From positions 1-64,000 of the forward strand of contig CAVZJB010000010.1 of assembly GCA_963775425.1 (NCBI GenBank): a DNA stretch of 64,000 nucleotides, given 5' to 3'. This document shows, piece after piece, positions 29,356-37,022 of the stretch. The notes below the pieces were generated by a model. That model was not told where the DNA came from. It did no database searches and saw only the letters and a program-made list of their open reading frames with translations. Each line of letters starts with the position of its first letter. Position 1 is the stretch's first letter. Source of the stretch: an uncultured delta proteobacterium. GTDB lineage: Bacteria; Myxococcota; UBA727; VGSZ01. Made by a program: the position numbers and the translations under genes.

Positions 29356-30930
29356 ATGAGCGCCGGCGCCGTCTACCGACACGTCCTCTCACGCGTGATG
29401 CGCCTCGGGCTCGGCGACAACGCCCGCCGCGACGTCACCGCCGCGCTCGAGGCGGCGCGCAAGGACTCGCTGCTCACGCTCCTGTACGAGGCGGCGCACG
29501 AGGCCGGCGTGCGCGACGACCTTCTTTTGTGCCGCGCCGGCGGCGCCTTCTGCGCGTTCGCCGCCGGCAACCTCGCCGACGACCTCGTCGACGGCGACTG
29601 CAGCTACCTCGACCCGGCGGTGCGGCTCGCGCCCACCGTGCAGTGGCTCCTGCAGAACCTCGCGTACGCGCTCCTCCTCGAGGGCGGCGTCGACGGCGAG
29701 CCCCTGCGGCGCACGGCGGAGCTGATGGCGCAGGCGGCCGGGCCGCAACAGGACGAGGTGCGGGAGACGCGCTGGACCGCGAGGCGCTACGTCGACGTCG
29801 GCGAGGGCATCCTCGGGCGCCAGTGGCAGGCGTACCTCGTGGCGCTGTGGGCGGGGACGCCGCTCGCCGGCGAGGCGGAGGCGTTCGGCATGGCGCTCGG
29901 CTTCGCCGGCCACGTCGCCCTCGACGTCCGCAGCCGCGACGCGCGCTTCTCCTCCATGGGGCCCGCCGAGCAGGAGCGGGTGCTCGAGCGCGCGCGGGCG
30001 AGCCTGTCCGTGCTCGAGCGCTCGGAGCGCCGCATCGCCGCGCTCACCGCGCAGGGCGTGCGGCCGGCGCTGCGGCGCGCGGCGGTGGCCGCGTATTACG
30101 ACGACAAGACCACGCGCATCCTCGATCGCTACGGCCCGGGGCCGCGCGTCCACTACCACACTGGTGTTTTCGATTCGCCCGGCCTCGAGGCATTGCGGTT
30201 GCTCTCCCGCGACGCGCTGCGCGCACGCATGAAGGCGGCGCAGGAGGCGCTCCTGCACGACGCCCTCGAGGCGTGGGGTCTCACCGGGGAGCTTGTGGGC
30301 AAGCGCGTGCTCGACGCCGGCTGCGGCCTCGGCGGGACGTCGCTGCTGCTCGCCGCCGCCGGCGCGCGCGTCACGGCGCTCACCATCTGCGCGCCGCACG
30401 TCGCCGTGGTGAGCGACCTCGCCCTGCAGGCCGGCGTGTCGGAGCGCGTGGAGGCGCGCTGCGGCGCCGCGGAGGAGCTCGCCGACCGGCGCGCCTGGGA
30501 CGCCGTATTCGCCGTGGAATCATCGTGTTATTTCGATCGCGAGAGGTTCTTCCACGCCATGCGGCGCGCGCTGAAGCCCGGGGGCAACATTCACATCGTC
30601 GACCTGTTCGCCGGACGTCCCGAGGTGAAGGCGGGCTTCGATCGCGTCTGGAAGACGGACGTCGGGACGCTCGCGGGCTACGACGCTGCCGCGCGCAAGG
30701 CGGGCTTCGCGCGCACGGCGACGACGGACGTGAGCGCGCGTTGCGCGGGCTTCTGGGACCTCACGCGCGCGGACAGCCTGCGGCAGCTCGCCGGCGCGCC
30801 GACGGCCGCGGAGCGTGAGCGCCTCGAAGCCTCGCTGCGCGCGCACGGCGACTTGCAGGCGCGCGCGCGCGACGGCGGCTTGCTTCACCTGCGTGTGTCC
30901 TACGAGCGCCTCGCCCGGGGACGGGCATGA
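29356..30930 (+). CDS. Fusion of a class I isoprenoid-synthase-like (DDxxD) domain and a SAM-dependent methyltransferase (GPP/sterol MT-like)
   Basis: N-terminal helical domain with NLADDLVDGD; C-terminal YYD...VHYHTG, VLDAGCGLGG, AVESSCY, LKPGG. Confidence 0.8.
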   Translation: MSAGAVYRHVLSRVMRLGLGDNARRDVTAALEAARKDSLLTLLYEAAHEAGVRDDLLLCRAGGAFCAFAAGNLADDLVDGDCSYLDPAVRLAPTVQWLLQNLAYALLLEGGVDGEPLRRTAELMAQAAGPQQDEVRETRWTARRYVDVGEGILGRQWQAYLVALWAGTPLAGEAEAFGMALGFAGHVALDVRSRDARFSSMGPAEQERVLERARASLSVLERSERRIAALTAQGVRPALRRAAVAAYYDDKTTRILDRYGPGPRVHYHTGVFDSPGLEALRLLSRDALRARMKAAQEALLHDALEAWGLTGELVGKRVLDAGCGLGGTSLLLAAAGARVTALTICAPHVAVVSDLALQAGVSERVEARCGAAEELADRRAWDAVFAVESSCYFDRERFFHAMRRALKPGGNIHIVDLFAGRPEVKAGFDRVWKTDVGTLAGYDAAARKAGFARTATTDVSARCAGFWDLTRADSLRQLAGAPTAAERERLEASLRAHGDLQARARDGGLLHLRVSYERLARGRA

Positions 30931-31487
30931 GGATCGCCCGCGACCTGAAGACCGCGCTGATCGTCGAGGACGACGACGCCCTCGCGAGGGCCCTCGTCCA
31001 CGCCGTCGCCGCGCGCGGCATCGCCGGTCACGTGGTGTCCACGCTCAAGGACGCCGAGCTGGTGCAGGGCGAAGGCTGGGACCTGGCGCTCGTCGACGTG
31101 AACCTCCCCGACGGCTCGGGGGTGACGCTGTGCCGTTCGTTGGCCGCGCAGCGCCCCTGCCCGGTGATCGTCGCCATCTCCGGCGCCGCCACGGGGCGCG
31201 ACGGCTTCGCCCTCGCCCGCGCCGGCGTCGGCGAATTCGTCGAGAAGCCGTTCGACGACGACGACCTGTGGCGCGCCATCGAGAAGAACTCCGGCGTCCC
31301 GCTCGAGGTGACCGTGCCGAGCCTCGTCGGCGCCGTCCCCATGCGCGACGCCCACCGCGCGGTCCGGCGCCGCATGCTCGAGGAGGCCCTCGCGCGCAGC
31401 AACACCATCACCGACGCCGCCAAGCTCCTCGGCGTCACCCGCCAGGCCATCCAGCAGGCGATCGACGATCTCGAGGAAGCGGAGTGA
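30927..31487 (+). CDS. Response regulator (receiver + Fis-type HTH, RegA/PrrA-like size)
   Basis: LIVEDD, LVDVNLPDGSG, ISG, EKPF; AAKLLGVTRQ; ATGA overlap with the upstream fusion gene. Confidence 0.92.
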   Translation: MRIARDLKTALIVEDDDALARALVHAVAARGIAGHVVSTLKDAELVQGEGWDLALVDVNLPDGSGVTLCRSLAAQRPCPVIVAISGAATGRDGFALARAGVGEFVEKPFDDDDLWRAIEKNSGVPLEVTVPSLVGAVPMRDAHRAVRRRMLEEALARSNTITDAAKLLGVTRQAIQQAIDDLEEAE

Positions 31488-31515
31488 GCGGGCGGCGCCG
31501 AGGCGGGCCCCCAGC

Positions 31516-31917
31516 GCGAAACGACGACGGCATCGTCGCCGCCGGCGCGTAGGGCGCCCCCTCGTGGGGCGCGTCGGGCGCCTCGACGGCGCCGGGTCAC
31601 TCCGATGCGGGGGGCAAGCCCCCGCCCTACGGGTCGTCGACGTAGCCGAGGACGCGAACGGGTTCGAGACGCGCGCCGGGTGTGACGGTTTCCGTGTGGC
31701 ACCGCAGCGGCGGGTTCGAAACGCGCGCCCGGTGTGACGATTTCCCAAACGCGCTGCGAAACGACGACGGCATTGCGGCCGGCGCGTAGGGCGCCCCCTC
31801 GTGGGGCGCGTCGGGCGCCTCGATGGCGCCGGGTCACTCCGATGCGGGGGCAAGCCCCCGCCCTGCGGGTCGTCGACGTAGCCGAGGACGCGAACGAAAC
31901 GCGCGCCCGGTGTGACG
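31516..31917 (+). repeat. Tandem near-identical repeat units (31516-31688 and 31756-31917), each containing a GTAG-type REP doublet
   Basis: GCGAAACGACGACGGCAT...GTAGGGCGCCCCCTCGTGGGGCGC...GCAAGCCCCCGCCCT(A/G)C...GCGCGCC(C/G)GGTGTGACG in both units. Confidence 0.9.
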
Positions 31918-31956
31918 ACTTTCAAACGGCCCCGCGGAGGATCGGCGACGGGTGAT

Positions 31957-32078
31957 GGGCGACGCGAGAGAGATTGAGGAGACGAGGAGCAAGGAACGAA
32001 GAACACGAGGTGCGCGGAAGCGACATCGACTCGGACGCTCGGCCGGCGGCCAGCGGATCGCGGCCGGCGGAGATCGGA
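31957..32078 (+). repeat. Direct repeat copy 1 with CGGNNNN heptamer array
   Basis: GGGCGACGCGAGAGA...CGGCCGG CGGCCAG CGGATCG CGGCCGG CGGAGAT CGGA; second copy at 33108-33238. Confidence 0.85.
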
Positions 32079-32122
32079 CCTCGACGCGCGGCGAGGCCGA
32101 GCCCCGCCGCGCGCGCCGAGCC

Positions 32123-32455
32123 TCAGCGAAACTTGTAGAGCATGGCGCAGAAGTGGTCGCAGCGATCCTGGCCGACGTCGCGCTCGGCGGCGGTGACGGC
32201 CTCGCTCAGGAACGCGATGTCGAGGATGGCGCTCACCTCGCGCGCGCTCCCGGCGGCGATGTCGAAGTACCGCGCGCGCTCCTTCGCCGACTGCTTGCGA
32301 CAGCCCTCGGAGAAATTGAGCGTGATGGATGACGACGCGCGGCGCAGTTGGTCCTTGAGGTCCGCGAAGCCCGGCGGAAACTGCTTCGCGAGCTGGAAGC
32401 ACTGGCCGTAGATCTCCAGCGACTTCCCGTAGAGGCGAGTGTCTCGGTAGTCCAT
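32123..32455 (-). CDS. Four-helix-bundle protein (23S rRNA IVS-protein/TIGR02436-like)
   Basis: LKDQLRRASSSITLNFSEG...ERARYFDIAAGSAREV; [10 protein letters not shown]. Confidence 0.92.
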   Translation of the reverse strand: MDYRDTRLYGKSLEIYGQCFQLAKQFPPGFADLKDQLRRASSSITLNFSEGCRKQSAKERARYFDIAAGSAREVSAILDIAFLSEAVTAAERDVGQDRCDHFCAMLYKFR

Positions 32456-32542
32456 GTTCGATCCTCCTTCGAAGGCCGAGCACGGCGGCCTTCAAAGCCT
32501 GCGTGGCCGCCGCGCGCAGGCCGAGAAGGAGGACGAACATGG
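32452..32542. promoter_or_regulatory. Inverted repeat / three-way junction sequestering the SD and ATG of the minus-strand four-helix gene
   Basis: CCATGTTCG(A)TCCTCCTTC (32452-32470) pairs with GAAGGAGGACGAACATGG (32525-32542), enclosing two hairpins. Confidence 0.7.
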
Positions 32543-32645
32543 CCTCGGGGTCACTCGCCGTTTCAGGAAGTGCTGTCGGTCGTAGGCCGGTTCTCGACGA
32601 GAGAGTGCTCGCGCTTCATGGCCTGGCCCGTGTGGTCTTCGCGAA

Positions 32646-32701
32646 CCCCGACGTGGGGCCCTCAAGCGCTTCGCGCTTTTGACGAGGGCCCCACGTCGGG
32701 G
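32646..32701. promoter_or_regulatory. 18-bp perfect stem with inner hairpin just upstream of the plus-strand four-helix gene
   Basis: CCCCGACGTGGGGCCCTC/GAGGGCCCCACGTCGGGG enclosing AAGCGC-TTC-GCGCTT. Confidence 0.7.
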
Positions 32702-32721
32702 ATCCGCAAGGAGAGCAGGCC

Positions 32722-33054
32722 ATGAAGCACGAGCACTCCCGCATCTACCTCACCTCGCGCGCGCTCAACCGCGAGGCCGCCGCGCTCGCCAACCGGCTGC
32801 CGCGCGGCTTCAGCAACCTGAAGGACCAGCTGCGCCGCGCGTCGGCCTCGGTGACGTTGAACTTCTGCGAGGGGAGCCGGCACGAGTCGCTCGCGGAGCG
32901 TGGGCGCTACTTCCGGATCGCGTCCGGGAGCGCCGCCGAGGTGAGCGCCATCGCGGATGTCGCGGAGGACTTCGGCGTCATCGCGCCCGAGCAGCACGCG
33001 GCCATCAAGGACCACTGCAATCACCTGTGCGCGATGCTGCGGCTCTACCGGTGA
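32722..33054 (+). CDS. Four-helix-bundle protein (paralog, 110 aa)
   Basis: LKDQLRRASASVTLNFCEG...ERGRYFRIASGSAAEV; SD AAGGAG. Confidence 0.92.
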   Translation: MKHEHSRIYLTSRALNREAAALANRLPRGFSNLKDQLRRASASVTLNFCEGSRHESLAERGRYFRIASGSAAEVSAIADVAEDFGVIAPEQHAAIKDHCNHLCAMLRLYR

Positions 33055-33107
33055 TGGCCGCTCGGCGGCGGAGCTCTGCGGAGCTTCGCCGCTCTCTCGA
33101 TCGGGAA

Positions 33108-33238
33108 GGGCGACGCGAGAGATGCGGGAGAGGTCGAGGGCCCGCCAGAACGAGCACACGAGGACACGAGGGACACGAGGGCGGCCCGGATCGGATCCGC
33201 GGCCGGCGGCAAGCGGCTCGCGGCCGGCGGAGATCGGA
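33108..33238 (+). repeat. Direct repeat copy 2 with CGGNNNN heptamer array
   Basis: 33200-33238 matches 32040-32078 at 37 of 39 positions; GGGCGACGCGAGAGA is shared. Confidence 0.85.
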
Positions 33239-33307
33239 GCGAGACCGCCCCCAGGCTCAACGGGTTCGAGACGCGCGCCCGGTGTGACGATTTGCGAACC
33301 GCGGTGC

Positions 33308-33383
33308 GTAGGGCGGGGGCTCGTCCCCCGCATCCTCACGCGCGCCCGCCGACGGAAAAGCGGGGGACGAGCCCCCGCCCTAC
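33308..33383. repeat. GTAG-family REP doublet (REPIN-like) with perfect 24-bp inverted arms
   Basis: GTAGGGCGGGGGCTCGTCCCCCGC / GCGGGGGACGAGCCCCCGCCCTAC. Confidence 0.85.
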
Positions 33384-33423
33384 GGGTCGTCGACGTAGCC
33401 GACGTCGCGAACGGTTGGAAACG

Positions 33424-33497
33424 CGCGCCCAGGAGGACTCGAACCTCCGACCCTCAGCTTAGAAGGCTGATGCTCTGTCCAACTGAGCTATGGGCGC
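33424..33497 (-). tRNA. tRNA-Arg(UCU), CCA not encoded
   Basis: GCGCCCATAGCTCAGTTGGACAGAGCA-TCAGC-CTTCTAA-GCTGA-GGGTCGGAGGTTCGAGTCCTCCTGGGCGCG forms a complete cloverleaf. Confidence 0.96.
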
Positions 33498-33525
33498 ACG
33501 GCGCGCATGGTAGCGTCTTTGCCCG

Positions 33526-35364
33526 ATGGCGTCGCCGTTCCCGATGGACTTCGGACCCTACGTGCTCGACCGCTTCATCGCGGCGGGTGGCATGGCAGAG
33601 GTGTTCCTCGGCCGCAGCAAGGACGGGAGCATCTCCGGGCCCCTCTGCGTGAAGCGGATGCTCCCCGAGATGATGAGCTCCGCCGAGTACATCACGATGT
33701 TCAAGGACGAGGCGCGGCTCAGCCAGCGCCTCCAACACCCGAACGTCGTGCGCGTCTTCGACTTCGGCGAGGCCGACGGACGGATGTACATGGCCATGGA
33801 GTACGTCGACGGCATGGACGTCGGCTCGCTCCAGCGTCGCCTGCGCCAGCGCGGCGAGATGCTCGGCGTCGGCCACGCGCTGCAGATCGGCATCGAGCTG
33901 TGCGCCGGGCTCCACTACGCGCACGCCCTCGGCGTCGACCTCGTCCATCGCGACGTCAGCCCGCAGAACATCCTCATTTCGTCTGCGGGCGCGGTGAAGG
34001 TCACCGACTTCGGCATCGCCAAGGCCGTCGGCCGCGAGACGCACACGGCCACCGGGCTCGTCAAGGGCAAGGTCAGCTACATGGCGCCCGAGCAGGCGCT
34101 CGGGCAGGACATCGATCAGCGCGTCGATCAGTTCGCCGCCGGCATCGTCGTCTGGGAGCTCGTCACCGGCCAGCGCCTCTACGCCGAAAAGACCGACAAC
34201 CTGAACTTCGAAAAGATCATCCGGCAGCCGCCGCCCCGGCCGTCGCAGACGCGCAAAGGCGTGCCCCCCGTCGTCGACGGCGCCATCCTCCGCGCGCTCG
34301 CCAAGCGCCCGGCCGACCGCTACCCCGACTGCGCCGCCTTCGGCGCCGCGCTCAAGCAGGCGCTCGCCGTCATCGGCCCCGCCGCCAAGACCGACATCGG
34401 CGCCGTCATGGCCCACGTGCTCGGCATCCCGCCCAAGGAGCTGCGCGAGGCCGCCAAGCCGCGCGCCATCGCCGCGCCGGCGCCGCAGGTGACGCGCCCC
34501 GGAGCGCCGGCGCCGCGGGCCCGCGCGCTCCAGGTGACGCCCCTCGAGGACGCGCCCACCGTCGCCACCCCGCAGTCCAAGGTGCGCCACGACCTGGGCG
34601 CGCGCCTGCCCACCAACGCCATGATGCCGCTGCCGGAGCCCGAGCCCACCGCGCCCGGCACCCCCGCCACCCCCTCCGTGGCGGCCCAGCCCCGCGTCGT
34701 CGACGACGGCGACACCATCTACGACCCGCCGAGCACCCTCGAGGTCCCTCCCGACGACGTGCCCTCGGTCCCCACCGTGCACGTGCCGCCGCCCGCGCCC
34801 GCGCGGACACCCCAGGGCCCCGTCGCGGCTCCCGCGCAGGCGCCGCCCCCGGCGGCGCAGATCGTCGCCGTCACGCCGCCACGGGCGCCCGTGGCCGCCC
34901 GTCCCGCGCCGATGTCGGCGGCCGCGCTGCCGGTGCCGTCGACCGCGGCGCCCGCGCCTGCGCCCGCGGAGAGCGGGCGCGGTGTCTCCTTCGTCGCCGT
35001 CGCCGGCGCGCTCGTGGTCGGGCTCGCCGCCGGCTTCGGCGTCGCGCACCTCACCGGGCGCGCGCCCGCAGGCGCGACCGGCTGTCCGCTGTCGTCCCCG
35101 CAGGAGGAGGCCCGCACGAAGGCCGCCTCGCTCGTGGAGCAGGCGCGCGACGCCTTCCAAAACGGCGACGCCGCCGGCGCCGACAGGCTCGCCGAGGAGT
35201 CCGAGCGCGCCTCGGGCAGCGCCGCCGCCGAGATGCTGCGCGGCGACGTCGCGCTCGCCCACGGGGAGCGGCTGTCCGCCCTCACCCACTACCGCTGCGT
35301 CGCGCAGCTCGACCCGGGCGGCGTCGACGCCGCCGCGCTCGTCAAGCGCCTGTCGGGGCCGTGA
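33526..35364 (+). CDS. Ser/Thr protein kinase with Pro/Ala linker, TM helix and TPR-like C-terminus
   Basis: [33 protein letters not shown] (myxobacterial Pkn style). Confidence 0.93.
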   Translation: MASPFPMDFGPYVLDRFIAAGGMAEVFLGRSKDGSISGPLCVKRMLPEMMSSAEYITMFKDEARLSQRLQHPNVVRVFDFGEADGRMYMAMEYVDGMDVGSLQRRLRQRGEMLGVGHALQIGIELCAGLHYAHALGVDLVHRDVSPQNILISSAGAVKVTDFGIAKAVGRETHTATGLVKGKVSYMAPEQALGQDIDQRVDQFAAGIVVWELVTGQRLYAEKTDNLNFEKIIRQPPPRPSQTRKGVPPVVDGAILRALAKRPADRYPDCAAFGAALKQALAVIGPAAKTDIGAVMAHVLGIPPKELREAAKPRAIAAPAPQVTRPGAPAPRARALQVTPLEDAPTVATPQSKVRHDLGARLPTNAMMPLPEPEPTAPGTPATPSVAAQPRVVDDGDTIYDPPSTLEVPPDDVPSVPTVHVPPPAPARTPQGPVAAPAQAPPPAAQIVAVTPPRAPVAARPAPMSAAALPVPSTAAPAPAPAESGRGVSFVAVAGALVVGLAAGFGVAHLTGRAPAGATGCPLSSPQEEARTKAASLVEQARDAFQNGDAAGADRLAEESERASGSAAAEMLRGDVALAHGERLSALTHYRCVAQLDPGGVDAAALVKRLSGP

Positions 35365-35395
35365 CAGCGCGCGCTCCGGTCGCTATGCCCAACGG

Positions 35396-35611
35396 GTGGC
35401 GTGGGTGTTCGCGCTCCTGATCCGCGTGTACCAGAGGGTCCTTCGGCCCTTTATGCCGCCGCTGTGCCGCTTCTACCCCTCGTGCTCCGACTACGCCCTC
35501 GAGGCGCTGCGCGTGCACGGGGCCGGCAAGGGCTCGCTCCTCGCGGTCAAGCGCGTCTGCAAATGTCATCCGTTCCACCCCGGCGGCGTCGACCTGGTCC
35601 CGCCCCGATGA
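35396..35611 (+). CDS. yidD: Membrane protein insertion efficiency factor YidD
   Basis: LIRVYQ...[11 protein letters not shown]...HG..KG...[10 protein letters not shown]. Confidence 0.9.
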   Translation: MAWVFALLIRVYQRVLRPFMPPLCRFYPSCSDYALEALRVHGAGKGSLLAVKRVCKCHPFHPGGVDLVPPR

Positions 35612-35618
35612 GGGCGCC

Positions 35619-35951
35619 GTGACCCACTACTACGACGACAAGCACCTCCCGATGTTCGGCGACGTCGCCAAGAACGCGCCGGAGCTCGGGAAGAAGTTCT
35701 TCGACTGGTACCACGCCGTCTTCGCCGAGGGCGCGCTCAGCGAGCGCGAAAAGGCACTCATCGCGCTCGCCGTCGCGCACGCGGTGCAGTGCCCGTACTG
35801 CATCGACGCCTACTCCACCGCGTGCCTCGACAAGGGCTCCACGCTCGATCAGATGACCGAGGCCGTGCACGTCGCCGCCGCCATCCGCGGCGGCGCCTCG
35901 CTCGTTCACGGCGTGCAGATGCGCGAGCACGTCAAGAAGCAGTCGATGTGA
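35619..35951 (+). CDS. AhpD/CMD-family peroxidase-like protein associated with ArsS
   Basis: FFDWYHAVFAEGALSEREKALIALAVAHAVQCPYCIDAY; coupled to arsS. Confidence 0.9.
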   Translation: MTHYYDDKHLPMFGDVAKNAPELGKKFFDWYHAVFAEGALSEREKALIALAVAHAVQCPYCIDAYSTACLDKGSTLDQMTEAVHVAAAIRGGASLVHGVQMREHVKKQSM

Positions 35952-36919
35952 GCGCCCGGCTCTCGCTCGTCGCGGAAGGGCACCCGCTGGCGTCGCCGGC
36001 GGCGCAGCGCGCCCGCTTGCGCGCGCTGCCGGTGCTGCCCTTCCCGGCCGCGCTCACCGCGGGCGACGTCGAGATCCTGCAGATGAACCTCGGCAAGCGC
36101 TGCAACCAGGCCTGCGCCCACTGCCACGTCGACGCCGGCCCCGACCGCGAGGAGGTGATGCCCGACGACGTCGTCGACGCGTGCCTCGACGTCCTCGCCC
36201 GCGAGCGCATCCCCACCCTCGACGTCACCGGCGGCGCCCCCGAGCTGCACCCGCGCTTTCGCGACATCGTCGGCCGCGCCGCCGAGACCGCGCGGGTCAT
36301 CGATCGCTGCAACCTCACCGTCCTCGGCGACGACCTCGCCGCCTTCCTCGCCGCGCACCGCGTGCACATCGTGGCGTCGCTGCCCTCGTGGCAGGAGGAG
36401 CGCACCGACGCACAGCGCGGCGCCGGCGTGTTCGCCCGCAGCGTTCAGGCCCTCAGGCGCTTGAACGCCCTCGGCTACGGCGACGACCTCGAGCTGACGC
36501 TGATGTCGAACCCCACGGGCGCGTTCCTGCCGCCGCCGCAGCGCGTGCTCGAGGAAGACTTCCGGCGCCACCTGCCCGGTGTCCGCTTCACCCGCTTGCT
36601 CGCGCTCACCAACATGCCCATCGCGCGCTTCCTCGTGTGGCTCGAGCGCACCGGCAACACCGAGCGCTACGTGCACAAGCTCGCGGGCGCGTTCAACGAA
36701 GCCGCGCTGCCCGGCCTCATGTGCAGGAACACCTTGAGCGTCGCGTGGGACGGGCGCCTGTACGACTGCGATTTCAACCAGATGCTCGACCTCGGTGACG
36801 CCGGCAGCATCCTGTCGTTTTCGCGCGAGCGGATGCGCGGCCGGCGCATCGCCACCGACGTCCACTGCTACGGCTGCACGGCGGGCCAGGGCTCCTCCTG
36901 CGGCGGCGCCCTGGCCTGA
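35948..36919 (+). CDS. arsS: Arsenosugar-biosynthesis radical SAM protein ArsS (Cys form)
   Basis: LQMNLGKRCNQACAHCHV, TGGAPE, YDCDFNQML, HCYGCTAGQGSSCGG. Confidence 0.88.
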   Translation: MSARLSLVAEGHPLASPAAQRARLRALPVLPFPAALTAGDVEILQMNLGKRCNQACAHCHVDAGPDREEVMPDDVVDACLDVLARERIPTLDVTGGAPELHPRFRDIVGRAAETARVIDRCNLTVLGDDLAAFLAAHRVHIVASLPSWQEERTDAQRGAGVFARSVQALRRLNALGYGDDLELTLMSNPTGAFLPPPQRVLEEDFRRHLPGVRFTRLLALTNMPIARFLVWLERTGNTERYVHKLAGAFNEAALPGLMCRNTLSVAWDGRLYDCDFNQMLDLGDAGSILSFSRERMRGRRIATDVHCYGCTAGQGSSCGGALA

Positions 36920-37022
36920 GCAAGGCCGCTCAGGGAGACCCGCCGGGCGCGCGCGATCCCGGCGTGACGCAATCTCGCCGGTCGGCGCGCACCGCGAACG
37001 GTCCCTTGGTAGTTTGTGGCCG

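Noticed and set aside
31660-31740. GGTTCGA motifs as tRNA T-arm fragments on the + strand
   Set aside because: Flanks do not form a 5-bp T stem and no other tRNA arms are present
31516-31917. CRISPR array
   Set aside because: Units are about 160-175 bp near-identical duplications with internal REP palindromes, not 25-45 bp repeats with unique spacers; no cas genes in the window
32123-33054. Diversity-generating retroelement (Avd-like genes plus repeats)
   Set aside because: No reverse transcriptase, and the repeat pairs are non-coding and do not show an adenine-specific TR/VR mismatch pattern
36890-36960. Selenocysteine read-through in arsS
   Set aside because: The candidate position is TGC (Cys); the TGA follows GGALA as a normal stop
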